Below, piece after piece: positions 23,886 to 35,699 of a DNA stretch of 64,000 bases; position 1 is the first letter of the stretch; each line of letters opens with the position of its first letter. The DNA is taken from NCBI GenBank assembly GCA_037447605.1, contig CM074815.1, forward strand, positions 2,046,001 to 2,110,000, given 5' to 3'. The notes below the pieces were generated by a model. The model did not search any database. It saw only the letters and a list, made by a program, of their open reading frames with translations, and was not told the DNA's origin. This DNA comes from Zygnema circumcarinatum SAG 698-1b. Taxonomy: Eukaryota; Plantae; Zygnematophyceae. A program made the position numbers and the translations under genes.

Positions 23886-24805
23886 GGGTAGTGATATTTC
23901 CACCCCTTTTTTGGATCCAAACACCCCTTCCCGGCCGGGCAGATTTCAAAAAGGATTAAAAACGGAAAATGCTTTTTTCACACCTTTTTGGAATCGATAC
24001 CCACTCTCCATCGGCAGATTTTATTTTTGCGAAACAAGGAAATAACCCGTCACCCCATTTTGAATATCCCGCCTACCTGATTTTTTTTTCACGCGTGCGT
24101 TCAATCGTAGCCGTCGATTCCCTCGCAGATCACTATTTGCTCTGCAGCCGGGCTCGGTCACAGCGAATGGCAGGTGCCCACGTATCCCGCCAAACTCGTC
24201 TCAAAAAAATGTCCGTACAAATGTCGTACGGTGGCACTTTGAGGAACCCAAAATTTCGTACATTGCGAGCTTGGACCAATCAAAAATTTCCACGTAACAC
24301 GTGGCAGCTTTTGATTGGCTGGGAGCTAACAATGACGAGATCTCGAGCCGAGGGACGCGCGCACTCGCTCGTGCGATCCGGCTTTGACGGAACTTGTGGG
24401 CGTTTTCCATTCGCTAAGATCGAGTCCGGCTGCAGATCGAACGGTGACCTGCAGTGGTGCGATCTGCGAGGGAATCGACAGATGCGATTGACACACACGT
24501 GTGAAGGACGGACACCCGCGAACGATCTCGTGGTGGACGGATCTTCCACTTCGAGCGGATTCGGGCTGGCAGATATTTCTTTCCCTCAAATAAAAATTTC
24601 AGGGAGGCGGGATACAGTATTCAAAATGCAGTGACGGGGTATCATTTTCCTTGGTTAGCAAAAATAAAATCAGCCGACGGAAGTAGGTGGGTATCGATTC
24701 CAAAAAGGTGTGAAAAAGGCATTTTCCGTTTTTAATCCCTTTTGAAATCTGCCCGGCCGGGAAGGGGTGTTTGGATCCAAAAAAGGGGTGGAAATATCAC
24801 TACCC
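23886..24805. mobile_element. Non-autonomous Mutator-like element (MULE MITE), 920 bp
   Basis: TIRs start GGGTAGTGATATTTCC and align closely for about 200 bp, more loosely to about 300 bp. Perfect 9-bp TSD TATGTACAG at 23877-23885 and 24806-24814. No ORF. Confidence 0.9.
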
Positions 24806-25431
24806 TATGTACAGTATGTATGTTTGTCGTATTAAGTATCATAATCCGACAAACTACGGATTCTATACAGTACAGTACGGTATGGCGGCATGTGTACAGA
24901 CATGTACGGCACCTCGGGAACGGAAATAACTTTTGACTACGCCGTACGCCGTGACGTTAGGTCTACAGCACAAAGGATCCGGGATTGACGCAGATCTCGT
25001 GACAGCCAATGATAGTGCACGCGTGGATTTGTCGATGACGTGGGAGATTTCAATCTACCGTAAGTCAGATTTTATGAGAATCCGAGATCGCGCTCTCGAG
25101 GCTGCCACTAGATTTGGGTCAGCCTCGAGTGGTTTGTGGTGCGCTTCCAGCGTAATCTTTACTAACAACACAGTGCAAATTACGGTAGCGCAACGGCCAT
25201 ATTCGGCGGAACTGGCGCGCATAGAACCACGCTGCAGCGCTGCGCACATGGATCGGCTCGAATTATGTGTAGAGCGCTGTTGCGCGTTACCGTAGACAAT
25301 AACTCTTCCATGTCACAACGGTAGTAGAACAAATTCCGTCCCGGCGGCTCTAGGTGACCATGTTGTGGACCTACCGACATGCCAACATTTCATGCACCAC
25401 ATTTCTAAGTGTGGGACCGTAATTTTTTTCG

Positions 25432-26486
25432 GAAAATTCTATTCTCACACCTTTTTTGTCTACACACAGACCTTTTTTCATCGGGCAGATTTCAAAATAG
25501 TAAAAGGAGGATTAAAGCAGGAAATGCTCTTTTCACACTTTTTTGGAATCGACACACACCCGTTTTCCGTCGGGCAGAGTTTTTTTACAATCCGCGCGGA
25601 GCGGAAGATCCGTTCGCCACGAGATCGATCGCGGGTGTGCGTACTTTACACGTGCGTTTAACATCAGCCGTCGATTCTCTCGCAGATCGCACCACGGCAG
25701 ATCACCGTTCGATCTGCAGCTGGTCTCGGTCCCAGCAAATGGCACGCGCCCACGTGTCACACACAAGCCAGCTCAAAGGTCCTTACAAATGTTGTTGTTG
25801 TTGTTGTACAAATGTTGTACAAATGTTACTTTAACAGCTTCGAGGAAAGGCGAAATACCGTACATTATGAGCCTCGACTAATCAGCACCTGCCACGTATT
25901 ATTCTTTATAACATGGCAAATTCTGATTAGATTCTTAGAGAAGCTGTAACTGTTACTGTTATTAAACCTGTTATTGGCCTAGAAGTTGATTTCCGTTTCG
26001 AGGCTTTCTCTTTGTCCTTATGTCCATTGTGACCGCTTCTTTTGGTTCCCTATGTCGATTTTATCCATGTACATTTGATGGCCTTGCCATCGTGAGTTCA
26101 ATCAAACATCATTCGCTCACTGTTATTGTTTTTGTTACTGTTCTCGAAGCCGGCTTGTGTGACACGTGGGGCGTGCCATTTGCTGAGACCGAGACCAGCT
26201 GCAGATCGAACGGTGATCTGCCGTGGTGCGATCTGCTAGAGAATCGACGGCTGATGTTAAACGCACGTGTGAAGTACGCACACCCGCGATCGATCTCGTG
26301 GCGAACGGATCTTCCGCTCCGCGCGGATTGTAAAAAAACTCTGCCCGACGGAAAACGGGTGTGTGTCGATTCCCAAAAAGTGTGAAAAGAGCATTTCCTG
26401 CTTTAATCCATTTTTTACTATTTTGAAATCTGCCCGGTGAAAAAAGGTCTGTGTGTAGACAAAAAAGGTGTGAGAATAGAATTTTC
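25432..26486. mobile_element. Second foldback element related to the MULE MITE, with arms of about 340 bp
   Basis: 25432-25780 is the near-perfect reverse complement of 26147-26486. The arms share CGGGCAGATTTCAAAA, TTTTCACAC..TTTTGGAATCGA and GCCGTCGATT.CTCGCAGATC with the element at 23886. No clear TSD. Confidence 0.8.
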
Positions 26487-27241
26487 GTCTGCGAAATGAA
26501 GTATAACGCCCCTTTTTTTCCGTGTTGTTCCGTACAAAAACGTACGGACAATGTTGGTGGGACCATGCGGTCATGCCATGAATGGCTCTTGTTGAACAAA
26601 CAGAGGACGCGCTCAAATTTCAACCTCACTAGAGAGGTCGGAGAACAAAAAATCTTCAGCCAAGTTACAACCCCTTCGGTTTTACCAGTAACCGCACTTC
26701 AAGTTGAAGTCAATGAGTACTCCTCGGTTAAGTCAAACGATGTCAACTAATATCAAGAGCGACTTTCTCCCTCCCATAAAACCTCGAACGCAGACCTTGA
26801 ATGGCTTTTATTAGAAGAAAAAACCAAAAAAAGCAAGTGACAGAAGCAACGGAAGGCTCCTCGGCCTCCACATCGCCGACCCTTATAATAATGGCTGCAC
26901 TTTCTACATATAGACCGCTCACGGGCAGCGGCGGAATTTAGGGTTAACTTTCAAACAATACGAGCCTCAGAGACACATTCCTTCGCCCCTCGCTCGCCCT
27001 GACCAGCAACAGCAGGTGACTGACTGACTGACTGACTGACTGCTTATTGCTAAAAGAAAGGCCCCAACTAGGCGCTAACTTGGAATGAATACATCCCCAT
27101 AAGCCTGCATGGAGGGATGGCAGAAGGTCGGTTTCCTCCCCTTTTGGGTGCATGGAAACAAACCCTCCTCTCTTCCTCCTCTCTCTCTCTCTCTCTCTCC
27201 CTCTCCCCCTCGCTTCAAACAGAGCACCTCTTCCCCTCCTC

Positions 27242-30200
27242 CTAATCCGTTATTCTGTCACCTTTTCCTAAGCTTGAAATTGTGCCAATGTGGCGGAACA
27301 TGATTGGTTCCACCATCCATTTCCCCTCCGGAGTGGGCACATTGTCCAGCCAAAGGTCGATGGGGGTCACGGGAGCACTCTTGAAATGGACGGAAGAAGA
27401 GGGAGAGCTGTTCCATGGCCGCTGTTCCTGTAGAAATTTCTCAACATAGAAATTGGCCGAGCTTTGGGAGAAGAGCTGGGCTTGAGTGCAGCAGCCCTTA
27501 GAAGGCATAACGGAGTGCAGCAAGTCGTACGGATACATCCACCCTAAAATACTCTGTTCACATAAAACGGCATCTCCGTCTATCAGGTTAAGCCTGTCTC
27601 CCACCTCCTACCTCTCCCCTCTCCCCTCTGTCATGTTTCGTCTCCTCATTCTCACTTTCTCTCCCTCCCTCTCTCTCTGTCTGTCTATCTCCCTCTCTCT
27701 CGCTCTTCTCCATTTCCTGCCTCTCACTCTTTCTCCTCTCCCACTCTCCCTTGACAACTCCAACTCTCTCTCTCTCTCTCACTCTTTCCCTCCCTGTGTA
27801 ACTCTATCGCTTCTGTCTCCCTCTCCTCCCATTTCCTTTCCTCAACAGCCTTTCTGTCTGCATAACGTTTAAGAAGGCTTCAAGATGTGATACAGCACGA
27901 GTTTCTTTTAGGGCTTTTCGAGTCCAAATTAAGCATAGGTCCAAGAACAGAACAAACCCAGAATTGATCCTGAGCAAAAGCCGTACCTGCCGACCGATGA
28001 CTTCCAGCAGGATCACAACATACGTAGCCCCAATCAAGCAGAGTACTGCTTGCGTCTTGTAGAGGAGCCACTTGTGGCGCTCCCATTGGCTCCTTTTCCA
28101 CTTAATAAAAAACGGAGCAATCGCAACAGAGCACGCTCCCACGAGGAGGCAGAGGGCAGCGAGCCAATGGAGGCTGAACACAGGAGACAAAAAAAAAAAA
28201 AAAACGAGTGGTGACGAATGTAAGGAATGACATATTTTGACGGCATTAAAATGTTTCTGAGACTTTTTCGACTGCAGCAATCCTCATTCACAGTGATGAT
28301 GATCTCTAGTTTATTGTGCTTCATGCTTCACTTTTCCGTAGCAATCAAAAGGGGAAAGAGTGTGAGAGCGAGGGACGGGGGTGAGGGAGAGGAAAGGGAC
28401 TGGAAGCGGGAGGACAATTGGGCAGAGACAAAGCAACAGTGGGGGATAGGCAGGAGAAGGGAGCAGGAAACAACAACATAGGCAAGGAGGCGGAGTACGA
28501 GAGTGCAGGAGAAAGAGGGGGAAGCAGGGGAGAGAAGGGGGAGGCAAATAGGACGAGTGACATAGAAAGAAGAGGGAGAGACAACACGACGGAGAGGCAA
28601 AGGAAGAACAAGAGAGGACACGGAAAGGAACAGAGAGAGAGAGCAGGGGAGGTCGCGGGAGAGGCAGAGAGGGAGCTGGAGAGGGAGAGGGCGACGGAGA
28701 GCAGGAGAGAGAGAGCCCTGACCTGTACTTCTCAAAGCCGGACCACTTGAGCGGGTACGCGAGTTTGATGAAGGCCCACGTCGCGAGGCAGCGCGCCTGC
28801 AGGAGGCGGTCGAGCTTGGGGAGGAGGAGGGGCAGCGCCACCGCGTCGTCCTCCAGCGCGAGGACGAGGTCCGGCCGGTGGGCCAGCGCGGTCTGGAGGA
28901 GCAGCACGTAGTCCTCGCTCTGATGCCGCACAAAACTAGGGTTAGAACATGCATGCATGCATGCATGCATCTCTCTCTCTGTCTCTGTCTCTCTGTCTTT
29001 CTCTCTCTCCCTCTCTCTCTCTCTCCCTCCCTCTCTCCCTCTCTCTCTCCCTCTCTCCCTCTCTCTCTCCCTCCCTCTCTCCCTCTCTCCCTCCCTCTCT
29101 CTCCCCCTCTCCCTCTCTCCCTCTCTCCCTCTCTCTCTCCCTCTCACTCTCCCTCTCTCTCTCTCTCTCTTCCTCTCTCTCTCTCCCTCTCTCCCTCTCT
29201 CCCTCTCTCTCTCTCTCCCTCTCTCCCTCTCTCTCTCATGCATGCATGGTTTGAAGGACAGGATGGATGCATGCATGGTTTGTAGGACAGGATGGATGGA
29301 TGGATGCATGCATGCCTGGAGCATGCAACACAGTGAACGCTAAGTAGACGTTATGTGTGAACGCAAGCCGGTTTTCAAAGCAGCAGGAGCAGCATTTCTG
29401 CGGAACGTGGGCTTTCTTTTTGTCTGCAGCACTTCTGGTTATGTTGAAAAGAAGTTTCGGACGTACTTCCTGAATGATCCGTTCGCAGTACTTGAGCTCG
29501 TACACGCGCTGCAAGTCTTTGCAGCGCTCTTTGCTTGCGAGAGGCTGAGTCTTCGAGTTCCGAGTGAGTACGGGCACAAGCTTTGAGAGCAGTTCAAGCT
29601 CGGGGCGGCCGCTCAGGTCTCCGTCGAAACAGTCCGCGGCGAACACGAACAGAGCGGAGTACAGTTGTCCATGGAGATTCCGGTTCCGTTCGAAGGAAAA
29701 TCTCCTGTGCCTTGTTGGGAGAGCCTGCAGGGATAGAGAAAAGGACGAACAGAGACAAGATTATGTTCAGCAGTGTGCTTTGCTCAGCCTTCTTTTGATG
29801 ATATCATACATTTACACTGTTGAGGGAGGCACGTTTAGTCTGACAAACGTCTAAGAATTAGAACTGGAAGATTCGTCCTTCCTGTCTGCGTTATAAAGGA
29901 CCAATTTTGCAGTATTTCCCGGCTTCCCTCCTCTCCTCTCTACCCTTACTTCACTGTTCGCCTTCCCCTATGGCCTTAGATTGATGTTTCTTACTCTTTT
30001 AGAGTATCATTCGACCCCCTTCAGAACAGTTCTCCATAGCGTTTACCCATCTGGTTATAAAGTTGTCCTTTTTCCCTCTGCCTACACTTTTGCTCTGCAC
30101 TTCCGCCCTAGTACACTTCATATTGCTCCGATGGAGTTCTATTTGTGTCCTTAAGTTTACTGCATGTCAAAACTTGCTAAGCTTTGAAACTAGACTTTTG

Positions 30201-31892
30201 CTCGTTTTACCCAATTCTTTCACCTATAAAAAAACCTTCTAAGATTCAAAATCATCTTCCACATATAATTTCCGTACATCAATCGTTCACAATCGCCCAT
30301 ATTCACATTTCAGGTTATCCTGATATACGAGATTCTGAGATTGTGGGCTTCCAATTTTTATTTGTCCAAGTAAAAAGCATGACTTTTGCCGGTTTGTAGA
30401 ATTAATTCTTCCTAAGCTCTGTGCTCTGTTTTTCTGAGATATAAAGGTCCAACCTTGCACGCATCCCTTCGCCTTCCTTCTTTCACCTCTCCTTCCTTTC
30501 TTCTCGTCTCTATCATTTCCCTTTTCTTCTCCCGCCTTACCTTCTCCTGCTCTCCTCCCCCACTCCCCTCTCAGCATAACTCTCCTCTTCTCATCTCCTC
30601 TCTTTCCCTCTCTCCTATGCGCAATGCTTTCTCCCTTCCTAAACAAAAAAGAGTCTTCGTTGGACCTTTTGGCTGCTGAGTACCTCATGGGCCGCGTTTA
30701 AATCCTAGGGTTATGATTCCTATATGTTTAATCGCTTGTTCTTTAGCCTCATGTGCTAGCTCACTTCTCTCCTCTTTCTGCTACTCCAACAGAAGCTCCG
30801 ATTGACATTATTTACAAGATCAGTATGCCAGTATGCCTTCATTCTAGACCCCCCAAAAAAAGCTTTGTGGCTGAAAAGGCTTACTTTTTCTAAACCCTTT
30901 CAACAGGAAATTAACCTGTGCATCGGTGATACTTGACGCGGAGGGTAAATTTACAAATGGGTCCAAACTCTGTATTCTAATAACATTGGGTATCATAGCC
31001 ATATAAAGAGGAGGAGGCACTCACCGGTTCTTCTAGCACCTGCCGAATGAGAGAGGCAACAACTTGTATGAGATATCGCGGATTTCGAGGTCTGCCCCAT
31101 TCCCCCATGTTCAATAAAAGGTCGGTTCGCAACTATAGAAATATTCAAATAAGAACCCTCTGCCTTCTCTCTCACTCCTCCACTAGTCCCTCACCTCTCC
31201 CCTCTTCAGCATGCCGTGCTACTTCCTGCATAGACTGAACCTTTCCGTGTTTGAATCCCGCAGCCATCTCCCAAAAAATACTTTGCAAACTCGACCAAAA
31301 AAACAAAACCAAAAAGCTAAAAAAAAAGGGCACTAGCATTTGCCGCATATCCCCCCCTCGTACTTACGCTCCTCCCAAACCCCACAGAATACCATAGCCC
31401 CTCCCTCCCTCCCTCTCTCCCTCCTTCCCTCTCGCACCTCGAAATCGTCACAACTGCTATCAACAAAGTCCTTCCTGTAAACTCCCTTTTCCGGTGCCTC
31501 GCCTCCGCCTCTCCTATACTCTTAAAGGTGCGCAGCTTCTCCCAAAACTCCTCCAACACCCGCCTCCCTCTGCTCGCCAGCAGCCCCTCCAAGTATGCCT
31601 GGGCTTCGTCCGCATCCCTCTTGTTCGTCTCTATCAACTCCTTCACCTCTTCGCTCGGAACCACTAACTTATTCAGCAAACAGTAGGGCTTGTTTCTACA
31701 GAGAAGCAGGAGGACCAGGAGCGTGGTGCTGAACACTACAAAGATGCAGAGGAGCAGGGCCCGACACGGGGCCTGCAACCTCTCGACCCGCCTCTCCCAC
31801 CGCTTCTTCGGCAGAGGGCTGTGCTTCGGCGCACAGACCTCGGGCCGGCCCATCGCCAGGCTCAGCTCGGCCAGCCAGACCAGCTTATACAT
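27242..31892 (-). CDS. PGAP4: PGAP4/TMEM246-like membrane glycosyltransferase (GT-A fold with internal TM hairpin), multi-exon; 5' exon boundaries partly uncertain
   Basis: N-terminal TM anchor; LLSKLVPV; DYVLLLQ..HRPDLVLALEDDAV...LDRLL..R...FIKLAYP; two internal TM helices (about 27985-28190); C-terminal CCTQAQLF and VEPIMFRHIGTISSL. These recall mammalian PGAP4 LLSKYVPV, LMVEDDAV, CCTPAMLF and VEPNLVKHIGLFSSL (from memory). Confidence 0.75.
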
Positions 31893-33781
31893 GCATGCCG
31901 AGGACGGGGGCTGACAGCTTGGGCTACAAAGGGGCTGGGAGGGAAGGAGAGAGAAAGAGAGAGGAAGAGGGGAGGGAGGGAGGGAGGGAGGGAGGGAGAG
32001 GAGGAGGGGAGGGAGGGGAGGGACGGGGAGAGTCAAGAGAGAAAGGAAAGCAGCTTGCTATCTTTCTTGCGGGGCTCACTTCCTGCAATAAAGGGTGACA
32101 GGGCCAAGAATTTGAATTTGCTAATTGGTGCTACAAGCACTGTTGAATTGTGACGCGAGTATTGATGGAATTCACGGTGAAGGCGCTCGGGCGATGGAGG
32201 ACGAGAGAGGAGCGAGACTCCCACTATGTGCAAAGGTTCCTTCATGCAGGGAGGTAATCGGGGAGTACGAGGTGGGAGAATGCATTATTTGCGAGAAAGG
32301 AAGGAGGAAGGGAGTGAAGAAAAGAGGTTGTGGCAATCGAAAGAGAGAGGGATGAGAGTGCAGATATCAATTTAGCATGATGTAGCGGTGAAAGAGACGC
32401 CGAGGGGGGTCAGAAGGGCCGCTAACATGAACGGATTCCCCACCAATTGGCGGCAAAGTAGCCATAGTTCCTTCAGACAGAGAACAGGGAGGCGAAGCGC
32501 AGCGGGACGAGGCCGGAGGAGCGGGTAAGCAGGGGAGAGAGATCGGAGGGGGAAGGGCTAGACGGGCGAGGAGGGAGAGAGAGCAGAGGGCGAGGCGGAG
32601 AGGGCGGAGGAGGGAGACCCGCAGAGTGGCAGCAAGCTCCGGGCAGCCATGGCCGGGCAGGGCAGGGCTGGGCAGGGCAGGGCTCCGTCCGTACAGACCG
32701 CCCAGGCCGGCTGCCTCGCCGCTTTCGGCCACCGGCGTGGCGTGCCACGTGGCGCCCTCTCAAGCGGGGGAATTCACGTGGCACTCATCTATTGGCTGAG
32801 GCTGTCCAGTCATGGGGTTCCATGGTTGGAATCTCGTTAGAACTGCGGTTGAACTAGAAATGCGTAGGTAGGATGTAAATTATGATAATTCGCTGTTGCG
32901 ACGGTCAGCGGAGCATAGAACTTGATGACATAGGCGAAAGGCGGGCGGTCCTCCGTGGAAGGGTCGCTGGATCTCGGATGGTGCCACGTGGTGGAAGGAT
33001 CTGGATGGCGAATAATAGATGCGCCCGACACGTGTGAATCTTACGGAATTGTGAACACAGAACTGTAACTGATCGTACAGTCTACAGAACGTTGTACAAA
33101 CAACCACGAATGACTACATGGCGGATAGCTATTGGTAGAATCTTTCCCGTTTTGTCGGTTGTCCGGTAGCGGTCAGGACCCGGAAAGTGCGAGTCCGTCA
33201 ATGGGCGTCTGACACCTGACAGAACGGGCACAGCCTCGTTCCATGCCTGTATACATGCTGCAGTTCTGTTTAACGGCAGTTGCAGTTCAGTTTCAGCCGT
33301 CTACGTGTGCACGAAGAGCGTGATTTTTTGATGTTGACCGGGAGGCGAAGTGGACTTTTGACATTGGACGATACGTGGCATGCGCACATTGGCGCTCGAA
33401 GACCGATTTTTTTATTTTTTATTTTTTAACACATGGCCACATAAAACAAGCAAGTTGTTACATGAAGCAGTTTTCCCCAACACTCGCATGCCTAGATGGC
33501 TCCCTCCCTTACGCCTATGGCCCAAAGGAGAAGAGGTGGTGCGTATTCTCCTCTATAGGACGTGGCAATGTTCAACATCCTCCACGCATATTTCATTTCT
33601 ATGTGCGTAAATTCATTTTTGGAATCCGAAATTTGCCAAAATTTGGATATCGATGAGTTTCACATTAGCGAGACATGGGCAAACTAAAAAAAGGAGAGGA
33701 TAAGGCAAGACAAGATAAGGAGAATGTGTGAGAGAGAGAAGACAGTAGTGAAGAAGCGAGAAATAAGAGATCAAGCAATGC

Positions 33782-35090
33782 GCAATCTTGGAAGGCAAGG
33801 GCCGGCGGGCGGCAATGGTTGGCAACATTGAAAACCATGGCCCATCGTTGCAACCACTGCATTCCAAGGTCGCCAACCATTGCAACGGGACAAAAACAAA
33901 CAACGATTGCCAATGGTTCCAACCATACCATTGCCTGCGGTACGGTTGCAACCATTGGCAATGGTTTTCGATTGGCAACCATTGCCGCCGGCTCTTCAAT
34001 TCCAAGGTTGCCCACCATTGGCGATCGTTGTTTAGGGCCGGCGGCAATGGTTGGCGACATTGAAAACCATTGCCAATGGTTGCAACCATTGAATTCCAAG
34101 GTTGCTAACCATTGCGACGGGACCGAAACAAGCATTGCCACTGGTTCCAACCATTGCCGCCGGTCCCAAACAACCATTGCCGAAAGGAGGCGTCCGATGA
34201 AGAAAACAAAACAGAAAACAAAGAAGAAGAGCAGACACTTGGACGTCCGTACATGTGGTGCGATCATACCTAGGCTACTACGTCGGATCCCATCAGCGCT
34301 CCGCAAATAGTCCTGGGATGGGTGACCTCCCGGGAAGTCCCGGTGTCGCACCCACACCTTTTACTCTTTTCTTTCATTTTTGGAAATGGTCAAACATCAA
34401 CATCGATGGTGTGACCAATCATGTGGGACATTGTTCTTGACCTGTTCTTGGCTGACGTCACAAGGTGACGCCTTGGCGGACCGCTTGTCTCGGCAAGCCG
34501 GTCCGAAACAGCAATTGCCAAATGGTTGGAACCATCGCCGCCCGACCGACACAACCATTGCCATCGGACCGAAACAACCATTGCCTACCAGTTGCAACCA
34601 TTGGCAATGGTTTTCAATGTTGCCAACCATTGCCGCCCGCCGGCCCTTGAATTCCAAGATTGCCAACCATCCCGACCGACACAACCATTGCCATCGGACC
34701 GAAACAACCATTGCCTACCAGTTGCAACCATTGGCAATGGTTTTCAATGTTGCCAACCATTGCCGCCCGACTTGAAACTGTTAAATTTTGTTCGTTTTTG
34801 ATTTTCTTTTCTCATTGCGACGGAAAGCATCGGACGCCTCCTTTCGGCAATTGTTCTGTAGGACCGGCGACAATGGTTGGAACCAGTGGCAGTGGTTGTT
34901 TCTGTCCTGTCGCAATGGTTGGCAACCTTGAAATTCCATGGTTGCAACCATTGGCAATAGTTTTCAATGTTGCCAACAATTGCTGCCGGCCCTAAACAAC
35001 GATTTGCGATGGTTGGCAACCATGGAATCCGATGGGTGCAACCATAGGTGATGGTTGTTTCTGTACGATGGCAATGGATGTGTCAGTCGG
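33782..35090. repeat. Large inverted-repeat complex of the AACCATTG/CAATGGTT family
   Basis: 34000-34200 is the reverse complement of 34827-35025. 33782-33870 is the reverse complement of 34580-34668. Tandem duplication of about 120 bp at 34541-34650 and 34671-34770. Shares GGACCGAAACAACCATT with the array at 11518. Confidence 0.88.
34256..34353 (+). rRNA. 5S rRNA: 5S rRNA-derived sequence with an internal deletion of about 22 nt (likely pseudogene)
   Basis: GGTGCGATCATACC-AGGCTACTAC-GGATCCCATCAG-CTCCGCA joined directly to AATAGT-CTGGGATGGGTGACCTCCCGGGAAGTCCCGGTGTCGCACCC. The 5' and 3' ends pair (GGTGCGA/TCGCACC) and T-runs follow. The AGTTAAGCG Box A segment is missing. Confidence 0.88.
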
Positions 35091-35699
35091 GATAGTAGTT
35101 TTTGCATTGCCTAAGGCCAAAAGTTAACTTAATACTTTCTTACCACTAGGCAACGCACGTTGAGCTTGATCCACTTGTCATTTTACTAGACTTCGCACGG
35201 AGCAAAAAAGTAATAAGTTCGCACATTCTGGCTACGGCATAAAGGAAACTTTGAAGAACACAGAGACTTTGATGCCACATCTTTCTCTATTTGAAAAAAC
35301 AATCCGTTTCCTTAAAAAACTTGACCTCAGGCGATCCTGGTTGATTTTGGGACCAAAATAGGAACATCCCCGACAAGCAGAAACATTCATATCGTCATGT
35401 CCACCGTTGCAGCAGCACGAGTCTGAGTTGATCCTTAGTTTTAGGTTTGGTTGGGTGCATGCACCCCTGTTGTGGTTTCATTCGGAAGACTCCGTCCGAA
35501 TTCCAAACTTCTGACGTTTTAGACCCCTCAAGGTCCCGGAGTTTGCAAGCGCCGAATTCTAACGAATGATTCACACAAAGCTTGCAGTTCGCAGGCCATA
35601 ACGAGCGACTTTCCAGACTTGGGTCCATTCCATACCATAAGGACAAACAACCCCACACATCCGCATTCCCGAAAAACAAGAGGGTGCAGAGGAGGTCCT

